Assembly (NCBI GenBank): GCA_002269645.1
Contig: NIVC01002435.1
Span: 17,149 to 81,148 of the forward strand
Length of the DNA stretch: 64,000 nucleotides
From: Macrostomum lignano
Taxonomy: Eukaryota
Direction of reading: 5' to 3'
A program made the position numbers and the translations under genes. Below are positions 1 to 12,861 of this stretch, piece by piece (within the stretch, counting starts at the first letter, position 1; every line of letters begins with the position of its first letter). The notes beneath the pieces are model-generated. The model made no database searches. It was not told where the DNA came from and was given only the letters and a program-made list of their open reading frames with translations.

Positions 1-311
1 AAAAAGGCCTAAACGGAAATAATTAAGACTATTTCTGCCTCAGAAGCTCCAACTGGCGCCTCTTCTCTGAAGAAGTGTCTGTACTACGAACTAACTGCCC
101 GGCCGCAAGGTTTGGGTTAGGCAATGCTGTAAGTGACCTTGGATTTCTAAAACGTTAAAATAAAATAAAACGTGATGTCATGACTACACTATCCTTCAAC
201 CAACGAGAAACAGATAGAGTAAGAAAACTTCTCGATATAGATTTAATGAATTCAAATTCAAACTATAAAAACTTTTTTTCGAAATTTTGGAAAGGGGTTA
301 CAATATCTCAC

Positions 312-1030
312 GGATGCCACACTGCCAGAGTCGGCTACTAAAAGGCCAACCCTGGCCCATCGGTACCGCAGCAGCAGCTGCACAGTGAGCTCCGCGTACT
401 GGCTCTCGGTGTAACACAGGCGGAAGAAGTACGGATAGGCCCTCTTGTTGCTGAGATCCGAGGCCGGAGCTGACGTGCCGATCTGAAATTTAGTTTAAGA
501 AACTTTCATGCATTTCATCATGTATTTTCATTTTACTTTCATCACGCATCCCTGCCGCTCAATCCCACCTGGGCAGCATAGTAGTACTTGGCCAAGTCGG
601 CCACTGACTGCGCCTGCTGAATGAGGACGGGGCCGATGACCAGGGCTTTCGGAGGCGGCGACAAATAGCCGTCTATGAACTCCTTGACTGCACTGCCGGT
701 GTCACTCTGAGGAAAATTACAATGAGGCATGAGGCGGACTACCGTTTTCATTGAGGTATTTTTGCACTGTTGCACTTTCAAGTTAAGAATTGATGAATCA
801 CTCACCATCACAGGAAACCGGTTCTCATACTCGAGTCGGAAACTGGGAAACAGGTGGGTCAGGTTGTTAATGTATCCAACCGAGAACTCATTGTAATAGA
901 CTGCTGTTTCTTGACTGCTGGTTGACTCGTAGTCCAGAACTAGAAGGTGAAAGGTGCTTCTGTTTTCCGAGGCAGCTGCAAGAACGGCTGCGTCGTGCAT
1001 ACAAAAAGCTAAAAGCAGCAGGAGCAGCAT
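312..1030 (-). CDS. GABA-B-receptor-like class C GPCR, paralog 1, 5' part only (exons 806-1030, 569-706, 312-482; rest lies beyond the left edge)
   Basis: Signal peptide MLLLLLLAFC..; ANF-receptor-type motifs KALVIGP and DLSNKRAYPYFFRL..YRWARVGLL. GT/AG sites give phase-0 exons of 225, 138 and 171 nt, matching the first three exons of paralog 2 (219, 141, 171 nt). Confidence 0.8.
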
Positions 1031-3171
1031 GCTTTCTCGCAGTCACAGCCTCGAGCTCATTAGGAGCTTCAAGTTCAGGAAAGCAGATTAGGGCTAGTTG
1101 GATCAGACGTTAAGTATAGGATGGATAAAATTCAAATTTGATCTCATTGGCTAGAATGGTCACCGTGGATGCACGAATTTTACTTGGCTCTTTGACTGCT
1201 ACGAGCTGGTTGAATTTTAGTCCAGAATGAAGAAAAACGGCAAACTTAGATAAAATGCTCAACTGAGAGGTCTGTCACTGATACCACTATGCCAAGGTTA
1301 ATGAGATGTCAAGGCTCCCGGGATTTTTTGAGATGGGATCAAGAAAAATATTGAAATTTCGATTGCCTACTGATGCAACTGTGCGTTTGACTGCTCCTGT
1401 TTACGTCCCCTTGCTCTGCCCCTGCGTATTTACTGTTCATTTATTATTTTCTCATGATTTCCTCATGTTCAAATACTGTTGATACATGGTCAAAGATGCA
1501 TCTGATTTGCGTCAACGCTTCAGTTCCTCGCTTTCCAAGGCTGCTGCTTGGGGCAGCTCTTGGTTTGCTTAGTTTAGTTGGTTGTCGAGCCATCTTCCTG
1601 TCCTGCGATTTGCTTGAGTACAGCTTCCGATTCTGGAAAGGCGTGGTCGCGCTTCAGCTCATGACATTCATAAGAAACAAATCGATATTGAGTTCGATTG
1701 CACCAGAGAAATGTGCCGCGCGATCTTTGAACGCCTCTTGGTGAAGCTCGTTCACAACTCAGCGAAATGAGTCATCAAATTACACGAATACACGCTTCAC
1801 GGATTCGTGTAAAATTCGAGTGATGGCAGCCGCATGAATTCGCATTTTTGATGAAAGAGACAGAAAGTATTTCCTAAAGTGCTGCACATCCAACTCCTAG
1901 TGGTGCTGGTGTCCGCAGTAAAAATTCCGTGAACTTACACAAAGTGACTTTTTCGTCCTTAAAACTGATACTCAGTCATGTTAAATGAATAAAATTCTGT
2001 TTTGACAACAGAAGATGAAATCTACTACGAGTACAGTCCGTTATTCGTTACTTGCTCCGGGACTGTGAAGTGATTCCGATAAATGTAAAACTAATAAAAT
2101 GTAAAACGTTTGCTATGCATCTGCTTTCAAAAAATGTTCTGCAATAAATATCTCGAAAATTCTTAAACAGTTTTTAAACGGTTTTTCCAAACTTTTGGTG
2201 TTAGAGCGAAATTTCCCTAAAATGACATGAAGACTTGAAACCTTTGTCGAAGGATTTTTGAGTCAATTAACTGGCTGCTGCTGCTAGTTGCTCCATACTT
2301 ACAAGTTTAGACTGCTGATGTAATCCAGGTGGGTTAGAAGTTATATTCTGACGCTTTGTTAAAATATATGTAATTTATTTCATTTTCCAAACGGAGACCT
2401 CTTTGTTTTATAGAAACACCTGTCAAACTTGCTCTCTTTGACCAATTAATTATGTCAACCGCCCCGGCAATTAAAATTATTCACAGGTTTTGACCTCGGA
2501 CCAGGCTGTGGAAAACTCAAGATTGAGACAGTGAAGCGATAGAATATGTAATTCGCGGGAATAACAGATAATTTTGTGAGCCACTGTAACCTGCTTTTTG
2601 CCTGCTAAATCATTAACCGCTTGAGACCAGTAATCACTGGCAACAATAGCTGAATATAGGAATAATTAGCAAGCTTTTCTCTGAACAACTCTAAGGAGAC
2701 AAGCTGCAAGTCTCTCAACTCTCGGTGCAAAAACAGTTGCGCCAGCTTGTGAAAACGTCGTGTATTTCTAATTTTTTCGGGTGAAAAAGCAAACAGAGCT
2801 TTTGATTGCTCGATCGAAATTTTGAGTGCTGAGGACCCTGAGAAGTGCATTGGGTTAGGGTTTCACGAAACGATTCCAGATCGATAACTAGCAGCTAGTC
2901 GTGAGAATAAGAAGTGAAACTTACTCAATGTCATATTTTTCCAGTAAAATCTTTGAGTAAGTATTTCTCCAGACAAAGTCAACTTTGCAAAATGGATGCA
3001 TGTTAAAACCAGAATCCACTATATGGAAATCTGTTACACTAAGGATATTTTGCTTTCTAACTCTACGATCTGAGTCGAAGTTTCTACGATTGTGTTTTGC
3101 TCGAGTTTCAATGTTTGTTTCGAAAACACTCGCTCGCACTGTCGTTGCTTATAAGCCTTGACGCTGCTCAG

Positions 3172-6100
3172 TTAAGCAGTCGAGGTCTGGTTTTGATTCA
3201 TTGTGGACCCGTTGCCAGGCAGTGTGTTGTTGAGATCGTCCACCTTTGACGGGCCGTGTTTGATGATGGTGAAGATCTGGAGTGTGAATCATGGCTTGAT
3301 TTTCGTAAGCCCTCTAAAAGCCCTAGGACAGAGCGGCTTACCTTACTACCGAAGACGATAATAACCACAGTGGTGCAGCAGAGAAAGATGCAGCCATTGA
3401 TGAGGAGAAAACGCACGTTGACCTCGCTATTCGGCAGCACGAACGCCATGGTCACGCCAATAGCGCCCATTACCAAGGTGTTGTACACGCAAACGCCAAT
3501 TTTCTTGGAATCGTTGAGGCTCTCAACGTGCACCATGCGGGTCTCCCAGGCAAAGAATATGCCAAAGATGAGAAGCAGGCCTGCCCATTCAGAATAATGT
3601 ACTTAAAGGTAACGATTATGCAAAAATAAAACTTTATTGGCGTACTCATGTGCACAAGACATTAAAAAGGCTGCAAGTTCGACCAGTTTTCTCACGGTCT
3701 CCACCGCACCTGCAGATATATCAATAATTGAGGCTATTGAAATCTGTGAGGTTATGTGGACCTTGAGCCCCCTATTGAGCCGACAGTATGCCTGTGGAGT
3801 TCACCGAGCATAATCTATCGTTTCTTACTCGACTGAACAACAGACATTTATGACTCAACAAAAACCTGACGCTTGCCTTTGATCCCGAGAAAAATTCCGG
3901 TCCACATGACCGAATTGTTGCAGTCACACTCCTGAATTTCCTGGGATTCGATTGTTCCAGAGCTGAGCCACTCCTGGGTGAGCAGGGTGACGGAAATTCG
4001 ATACGAATGGACAGCGGATATTCGATGGAACAGGAAAGTGGCACAAAATACCTACTCACCACAACGGCTAACTGAGTGATGTTGACTTTGATGGGGTCCT
4101 TGACAGCCCAGACTATGAAGACGATGATGTCAGCCAAGACGATTGCCAGAACCATGGCCACCAGGTGCATATCCTTGATTGACTGCAATCAAATATTATG
4201 ATTTGGCATGCACATTGAGCTTGGAAAACTATTAAGTGTGTGATGCTCGGTTATACTGAATGAATCAAAGTTGAGCATGATTGTCCTAAAAAACTCAGCT
4301 TACCACTCGGCGCAAATTTTTTGTCGTGAAGATGACGTGCACCCGCCAAGTCTTGGACAGCATGGCTCCATAAGCCACCGAGTAGCCAATGCACAGGCAA
4401 ATCGTCTGCAGCCAGCAGTAGACTGCAGAGTTGCTCCAGTGTCCGGAGATGGCGCTGAAGATGCTGGACATGTAGCACATGATGCATCCGACAGCCATTA
4501 GGTTGTTGATATTCGGCGAGGACATCTTGATGAAGCGAAGATGGCGGAAAGCTAAGTTTACGCCAATCGAAGAGATGGTGAGAGCCACGCCGACAGAGCA
4601 AAGAAAAATTATGACGATGGCGTTGCCCCTTGGAACCGAGATGCGATACGTGACTCTCTTGGGCATGTCGCTGGGTGGCTGTCCACCTGTGCATGGTTTT
4701 AGCTTAATCAAGTATCCAACAGCAGAGTAAAACGAGTTGCATAACTTGAAATTCAGTAAGCCTAGCTTTTTAAAAGCGAGTTTTTTGATGCCATGCTCGA
4801 CAGTTCTTTTTTTATGAAAAAGACTCACCAGCGAACACCAAATCCTCGTACCACTCAAGCTTATCCGCGTAGGTGTCAATAAGGGCAACCGGTACGCCCT
4901 TAAAGCCTAAAATTTCGGTTATAAAACACTATATTGCAGTTACATGGAGCGATAGTGTGAATTAGGCTTGTAAAAATCACATCGACTCTCACTTCGAATC
5001 TGGTAAGCGATCGCGTTAGCCAGGCGATCTCCATTCTGGTCCAGCTTTACGCGACCCTGCGAATACGATTTTTAAAATACCAAATCTTCAGCTCAGATCA
5101 TCAATAATTCTTCAGGTCTTGCACTTTGTCACTTACAGTTAGTCCATTAAAATCGACAGCTCTGACATTCTCCAACAGTTCAGTTTTGAATGGACTGCTG
5201 TCCAGATCCAAAGCCGTTGAGTAGGCGTGCTTCATCAGCGTTTTGTTAAGCGCAATGGCCGCAACAGTCATTGCGTCCAAACGTGTAGCAAGGCCTCTGA
5301 TCGAGACCACACTTTCGTTAACCAGGTGGGGGTACCGTCGTAGGAAGCTGGCGAACAGGCTGCTGATGGGCTGACGTTTGGGGTTGCAAAGAAGGGTTGG
5401 CGTATTAGTAAACTGAATTACAGCTGCATTGTAATAAGTAGTTAAGTATTGATCAGTCAGACGCTCTTCAATCAGTCGCTGTGAAGCGCGAACTCACCAC
5501 CTGGCCGATTCCAGTTTCATTGTCAAAGATTTCAAAATGAGACATAAAATAGAGCGAGCCCTCTGCTCCATCGGCTAGCATCTGGCTGCTGCAGGTGTCC
5601 TGCAGATTGTGTGAGAAGGTTCGCGTAAATCCCAGTTGGATCCAGAAGTAGCGAGGTCCAACCGCGTTGTTCATCTTAAGCTGTTTAGAAAAAAATGGAG
5701 AATTTTTTCTGAAATCGCATGTCGATATCTATTCTTATTTAATATGTGCACTATAACGGTGCAACGGCGCTCACCAGACATTCGAACTTTGTCCCAGTTT
5801 CGATATTTCCAGCTCGAACGACGATAAAAATTCGAATGTTCTTGTTCTGGAAGTGTTTGGTCAATTCAAGATAAAATCTATTGTAGCTAATTTATGCTCT
5901 TGAAAGTTTGAAAATTCTTTGCGATACAAAAGCGTACCAGCAATTGTTTCAGACTGTCTTCCGGATTATGTTGATAAACAGCTTTGCTCAAAACAGTAAT
6001 CTTATTCTCAGCTAGCAAAACCTCCAACTGTTGTGTAATCTAAAATCGGTTTTGGATGATAGTGAAGTTATATCCATATTTTCCGAAGAAAGAGAAAATC

Positions 6101-8069
6101 TCATGAAAAAAATTCTGAGAAAAAACGTAGAAGTGACTTGTATAGACCACGAAACTCGAAACTCGAAGCGTCGACGACCTGGTTAGAGCTCAGTGAACAA
6201 AGTGAGTTCTACCAATGAGACATTGATGGCTAAGAACATCGGTCAGGACTGGTGCGTTCTGACTTGGATTGCACCATTGGCGATTAATTTATGCGCCCAT
6301 ATCGAATAAAATACGTGCGGGCTAAATGACAGACGGGCTAAATAGCTAAAAGCAGCTGTTGAGATATCAAGACAAAACATGGAGTCTCAATCAGCTATTA
6401 AAGTGCAAGCTAAACGATGGAAAAATCGATATACGAACCGCCTTAAAGTTCGAAAAAACACCTCTTCGGTCAATGGAAATCGACATGGGACGGCTTCGAG
6501 GTGCTCTAAAGATTGGCGGCAATGAAGGATGAAACAGGAATAAGAAGTTTTGCCTCCACGCCCTGCGGTACAGCTTCAGTCTGAAAACATTTAAGCTGGT
6601 AGAAAACTTGCCAAGCCTGAAAAAAGAAGACCCCAGTAAGATTATTGATACCATAAGAATTTCGTCACAGGAGAGATGAAGAGACTTTCAACAGACTCAA
6701 ATTCTGGTTGAGATGTCAGCGCGTTGATGATGATGATGATTCATGACCGTCAAGAAGTTGGCGAGCAGGTGCATTACTCTAAATGCTGCATGCAGTGCGG
6801 GGAACTTCTGCTGTGCGATAAAACCGTCACTGGATTCCACGACACAAGCGCCATGGAGAAGCCAAAATTCATTTGCGAATCTGCAGAATTCAGACTATAA
6901 GAATTAGGGCTCGGACAATGAATTTGTAGATATCAGGCAGGGTATTGGGGCACTGGTACCTTGACGTCTGTCGATATCAGCCAGGGTATTGGGGCACTGG
7001 TACCTTGACGTCTGTCGATATCAGCCAGGGTATTGGGGCACTGGTACCTTGACGTCTGTCGATATCAGCCAGGGTATTGGGGCACTGGTACCTTGACGTC
7101 TGTCGATATCAGCCAGGGTATTGGGGCACTGGTACCTTGACGTCTGTCGACATCAGCCAGAGTATTGGGGCACTGGTACCTTGACGTCTGTCGATATCAG
7201 CCAGGGTATTAGGGCACTGGTACCTTGACATCTGCAGATATCAGCCTCAGGGTATTGGGGTACTGGTACCTTGACATCTGCAGATATCAGCCAGGGTATT
7301 GGGGTACTGGGACACTGACGTCTGAGAGTTTTTTTCGAGGCTTTTTAGACTCACCGCGGAAACTCCGTCATAGTCACTAGCGAGAAGGCCCACATTTTTC
7401 CAGTTGTATCGCTTCAAAATTTGTATCATACCCACCAGATAAAGGCTGTTAGACGTGGTGGTTCGTGAGAAGTACGGATAGACGGACTTGTCCGCCAAAG
7501 CGGGGGTAGTGGCTGTGGCGCTAATCTGGAATAAGGATAAGCGTATGTGGAATTCTATATTAGAGTCAAACTCAAACACGGAAATGAACCTTGGAATGGC
7601 CCAAGAATGAAAGAGCATAAAATTGAACGACTAATCATACCTGGGGCAGGTAGTAGTAGCCCCCGGCCAGCTCGGACAGAACCACCGCCTGGTTTGAGTA
7701 GGCAGGCCCGAACAGAAGAGCTTTGTTCGGTTCGTTCACGTAGCCGTCAATGAACTTGCGAAGCGCGCTCCCCTGCAGCTCCTATGGCAACGAAAGAAAG
7801 GATTTTGACTGCGAACATCATTTCAGGTTGCCAATCTCATCAAAACTCACCTTTTCGGCGCAGAAGAAAGAGGCATCAATGCGAAACGTATAGTTAAACT
7901 CTGGCTGCGCAGTCACATTGTTAATGTAGTCGAGGGCGAAGGAGTAGTATTCGACATCGAACCGGAGTGTGGCGTTCTTTGAGCAGATCACCAGGGTGTG
8001 CACAGTTGTGCGGTTGTCCGATTGAGCTCTTACTGTCGCTATTAACAGCAACAGAAGCAGATATCGCAT
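3172..8069 (-). CDS. GABA-B-receptor-like class C GPCR, paralog 2, complete, about 736 aa. Exons 7851-8069, 7641-7781, 7355-7525, 5938-6039, 5775-5846, 5498-5680, 5137-5370, 4993-5056, 4829-4906, 4304-4686, 4060-4182, 3877-3973, 3342-3580, 3172-3276
   Basis: Signal peptide; Venus-flytrap motifs (LADKSVYPYFSRT, RYNWKNVGLL, DFNGLTGRVKLDQNGDR); GGQPPSD linker; 7TM motifs typical of GABA-B receptors (IKMSSPNINNL, GAMLSKTWRVH, KGLLLIFGIFFAWETR, LNDSKKIGVCVYN). All 14 exons are phase-consistent and sum to 2211 nt ending in TAA. Confidence 0.88.
6929..7325. repeat. 44-bp minisatellite, about 9 copies, in intron 3 of GPCR paralog 2
   Basis: Unit gatatcagccagggtattggggcactggtaccttgacgtctgtc; period of 44 read directly (ttgacg at 6961 and 7005). 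Confidence 0.95.
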
Positions 8070-8140
8070 CTTGGCGCAGCTCTTGTAAGTCAGGTATAAG
8101 TTCTGTTGTAGGCTTTCTCATCTTGTCACTTCAACTCCCC

Positions 8141-8148
8141 TTTATATA
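8141..8148 (-). promoter_or_regulatory. Candidate TATA box of GPCR paralog 2
   Basis: TATATAAA on the minus strand about 70 nt upstream of the ATG at 8069. Confidence 0.4.
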
Positions 8149-8489
8149 GAAAGTCGAGCCTTCACCGTTTATCCAACAGCAAAAAAGGGTTTTGCGAAAA
8201 TTTAGACAATGGCGTGACTAGCATTGCTCTAATTCGATACTTCAGGAAAGACACCTGCCTTTCTGTTCTCATCCTTCAGCTAACGGCTGATGAGCAAGTC
8301 ATGCGAAGGGTGTTGAAGCTTTGAGAACCGTTTTTTCAACATATTTCGAATCAGCGCCGACAATTTAGAACTCTCGAGCACATTTGGAAAGACAGCTTAA
8401 ACCAAAAATTATCTGTGTTTTAAAAAATTTTACAGTTGGCGCTGAAGAAGTGCTTTGGTGAGCAGCACAGCTTTATCCATTATTTAATC

Positions 8490-8519
8490 TATAACCATAG
8501 ATACTCATCTATGGTTATA
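8490..8519. repeat. Perfect 13-bp-arm palindrome
   Basis: tataaccatagat-actc-atctatggttata. Confidence 0.8.
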
Positions 8520-9879
8520 TACCATCAGGGTTCTAACAAGGTTATTGATTTTCGGCTAGAGTTAGAAATAGGGATAGAACTAGTGAATGAAGAATGAGTG
8601 AATGAGTGAGCTTTTATTCCATGTAGTATCGCTCGATATTATCGCTCGAGCTCATTGCCCATTGCTCACGCTCTGTACACGTTTCTGCTCTACCGTAACT
8701 TTAATGTACACTTGCTGGTGTTTTAGCCCTTGGGTTGGGGTGGCTGCTATTGATCAGCTTATATATATTCGTCTCGCATATTTTCTGCTCTTGACTTGCT
8801 TCTTTAACGGAAAGAGCTAGGGTAAGTATTGCGGTTAATGATTCGGACTACTAGTTACGGGAATTGGGGGAAACGGAAACCGTACGGGCAAACTTAGGGC
8901 GGCCCACTGGACTAGCCACACAACGCGATCCCGCGCGGTCGTTTCGAAGCCACAGTCTCGTCAGCAGACTGACACATATGTAAACTAATGAAAATGCAAT
9001 GCTCTTAATAGCTTGTGCAAGGATCGCTGTAGCATAATATACAGGAGCGTAAAACTCAAAGGGCCTTTTCATATTGCTTGCTCTGGTTCCAGAACCAGAA
9101 CCAATTTGTGAAGTATAACTTTTTGTCTCCATAACTAGAGGGAAATACGTGCTATAAAGTTTTTATTATTGAATGACAATCGCCAAGAAGAAAGTGAAAA
9201 ATTGTGCTAAGTTAGGTTGTTAAGGCAGTCAAATATTAACAGAGTTTAATAGTTATACTGCTGTTTTTCTTGGAATTCCGAACCGATTCTGGTTCTGGAA
9301 TTGGTAATATTGTGGTAGCGGGGACTACCATCTGGTGAACGACTTGCGAAATTTTGACTGGTTTAACTTACGTCACTGCCTCCCGGTGCCCCAGCCGTTG
9401 TCCCCACCCGTTGCCCCTTCTGCTGGTCCTGCGTTCCCGCCTTTGGCCCCTCCCGTTGGTGTCTTTTTACCCTTGCGTGGCCCTTTGTTTTTCTTACCTG
9501 AACCCGTTGGTCTTTTCTTTCCACTGTTTGCCCCATCGTTTGCCCCACCGGTTGCCCCATCGACTGCCCGGTTGTCCCATCCCCTGCCCCACTTGATGTA
9601 CGCTACTATTTAAATAATCATTCTATGCGACGCTCATGCTAAATTTTTCCTCCCTGCTCCTTTCTCCGTGCCACGCTCGCTCTCCTTTTTGTGTTTTGTT
9701 AAATTAGTCCGTGTCACTTGAGTGCTAGCTAGTTCATCTATTTTAGTTTCTTATCTACACCCCCGGCACTAAGCGCATCATCTTATCATTATAGTAATAC
9801 CCATCGGCTCGACTTAACAACTTAGTTTTAAAATTGTGAATGCGCTCAAATTAACTTGTGTGCAAATATTAAAGTGACA

Positions 9880-11835
9880 ACAATAATTTTCTTAAGTGTT
9901 ATTTGACCGAAGCCTTCGCAAGGACTTCTAGACTTCTAGTCTAGAAGTCCTTGAGCCTTCGTAGTTTTATCTTGAGTAATTTGCCCGTGGGGCGTAAAAC
10001 AACCGATCATCTCAACTCCAAACGAGCTCTGAGATCTTAACGTTCCGTAATACGACCAAATTACGGTGGTGGCAGCAACTACCCTACTAACAGTAATCAG
10101 CTCTGCAAATCGACACATTACTTTCGGTGTCAGAATCTCCGGTGTCTACTAACTGAACGACCGTGCCGCTCTAACGACCGCTCTGCTACGATTACAACTA
10201 CCCTCCCCCCGGACTTGAGAACCCGGCTGTCGGAGTAAAACAGGAGAAAATTCGTTGTGATTCGTCTGCGCGACTTTCCGGATTTAATTCGCGCGAACTC
10301 AACGTCGTTCGGTTTCGAAGAAACCCAATTTTTCAAACCACACGCAACCAATATATTTTATTTTCTCCGCCCCACCTCAATATGAAAAGGCCCAAAGGTC
10401 GTGTAATTTCTTTGAGGTTAATTTCCTGGAAATATACCAACCTACACTATTGAGATAGGAAAAAATCATTTTTTTCATCACAAAATCTATAATTGCATTT
10501 GATCTGAGGCAGTGAAGATTAGGCCTACCATTTTTTTATTTAGCTTTTACAGCATGTTACTCTGCTCAGTCTGCTGCATTTTTTGCAGTGAAAGTTTCAT
10601 CACATTGACACATTGTTTATTTTATTTTATAAGCCCAAGGCCAAGGCAAACTCTCAGTCTTCTTAAATCTCAAGTGGCATTAGCTGAAATTTTTGCTTTG
10701 TTCCTTCTTGAATAAAGCATATTTGTGCCACAGAAGATGCCAGACCTAATCATTGAATGTTAATTTAGACATAGGCATAGGGGCCTATCTCTTATAATAG
10801 AATTATTAAAAAAGAAAAAACTAGGCTGTCATTGTCTGGCAAGTGGCAATCAAAGCCAAAGGGCATGCTTGGAGGGCCTCAACTGAAAAAATTGATGATA
10901 TGATAAACAAAAAAATGTTTTTGTTCTAATTGGGGTTTTAAAAAGACACAGCTATATATTTATAATCTTAACTAGGCCCTCAATTTTTTTAAATTGCTTG
11001 TCTTTATCCTATATTTGTTTAAGTTAGCATAATTAACTATAACTAGGCCAGCAACTAGACAATAGTTTTATCTAGAAAGCATATTTGTTGCCCAATATAT
11101 AATAATTAAAAAAAGATATATTTTTATTGGCTTATTATTTTATTTAATTAATTAAAATAGGGTATAGGGCCTAGGGCCTAATGTATATTTTTATATTGTT
11201 TGCTATTCAATCAATAAAATAAGTTATATATTTTTTATTTCAATTTTCCATGTTTTCTTTGTTTTATTTATTTTATTACCTTATATTACTGAAGTAGGGG
11301 TGAAAAAAAAGTTTTCTTGGAATGGTTGGTTTTGAAGTTGGCTGACACCAGTGGGGTAGGGCTGGGGCAGATTCCATGTTTTGCTGATGTCGAGTTCACA
11401 CGAATAAAACCAGAAAAAATTGCACAGTTGAATCTCAACGGGAAAACTTTCTCCTTTTACTCCAACAGCCAGGTTCTCAAGTCCAGTGAGAGGGTAGTCT
11501 TAATCATAGCAAAGCAGTCGTGTAGCGGCGCGGTCATTCAAAGCAATGAAACACCATAGATTTTGACACCATAGTTACATTGCGTTGATTTGCTGAGCTT
11601 GTTATTGTCAGTAGGGTAGTTGCTGCCACCACCGTAATTTATGTATTATGGAACAAATAAGTCTCAGAGCTTTCTTTGAAATGAGAACTTTGGTTAGGCC
11701 TATTTTATGTCCCATGGGCAAAAGACTCAAAAAGATACTATGGCTTATAGATCAACAAAAAATAGGGATTCAAAGTTTATTAAGCGTTGTTACTTATTTA
11801 TTGATAAGCAGGCTAAAATTATTTGATGTTACTTT
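9880..11835. repeat. Diverged inverted pair of about 0.5 kb (about 9880-10390 vs about 11285-11835), probably transposon-derived
   Basis: The reverse complement of the left arm aligns with the right arm, including the identical block gtagggtagttgctgccaccaccgtaattt and the pair gggttctcaagtcc/aggttctcaagtcc. Boundaries are approximate. Confidence 0.8.
9919..9953. repeat. Perfect 16-bp-arm hairpin with a 3-nt loop
   Basis: caaggacttctagact-tct-agtctagaagtccttg. Confidence 0.85.
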
Positions 11836-12861
11836 TGACGACAATGAAATTCGCAGGCGGCGCCTAGGTTCTGGAAAAAATAGAAATTAGATACGCTGAG
11901 TTTAAGGAGCAAACAGCAACAGAAAGGGAAAGGAAAACGAAACAAAAAACGCAAATAAAACATTTTCACGAAAATAAAAGGGGTTTGTATAGTGGAGAAA
12001 ACAGGTCCACATATAGGAGCATCTAGTGGACAAAGCATTGGATATACATGGTTCACAAATTGGGTTGCATGCAAAAACCATTAGGAGAAACGCATTTCAA
12101 CAAAACTTCCAGCATGAGGGCACGCATGTGCACTGCATGGACTAACTGTTGGAAAAACCTGTTGGACAAAGTCCAAACCAAGGAAAATAAAATGTAATTT
12201 TTTGTACATTGCGTGGACAGTCTTAGTGGAAATAGTTTTAGTTAGTCAGCGATACTTGTTCAATCAAAGTGGCATCCACCTGCCACATTACACATATATA
12301 ATTACATTTATGCCTAATACCTGACCAAGGTAAGTTGCAAAAATGCCAAACCACAAAATAGTAAATGTAAAAAAGTGGAAAAGAAAAAGGGCAGAAAAGG
12401 AAAGAAAAAAAGAAACAAAAAGGAAAAAATAAAGAAAAATATAGGGAAAGAAGCAAAAACATACCATGTTATAGCTAGAGCCGGAGGCAACTAAATTGCA
12501 TTTTTTGGCAAAACTAAATTGCATTAGCTAGGTAAAATTTTGAAGTTTGGCATGCTTGTCTTTTTACATTCTCATTGTTTGTTCTTGGTTAATTTTTGTG
12601 ATATACTTACATTGACGAAACCTTAAGTAACATATTATTCATATATAGTATAGGGTAGAGCCTAGATTTAACTCAAACAGGGCATAATATTATCAAGTAT
12701 TTTTGGTAACTTGTCATATATCTACTTGTTTTTTTAGCAAAATATTATATAATAAAGTAGGCCTATATATAGGAAGATAAATTATTAGGATTAAGATATT
12801 AATAATAATTAACAATACAAAACTCTTATATGTAAATAAATTCCTAGACAATTATACTATA

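Noticed and set aside
8851-9132. ORF with FYAPVYYATAILAQAI, resembling an ANF-receptor helix (third GPCR paralog?)
   Set aside because: No flanking exons or convincing splice sites, and the similarity is too short.
9335-9613. Pro-rich ORFs on both strands
   Set aside because: Short low-complexity 12-bp-type repeats, probably part of repeat-derived DNA.
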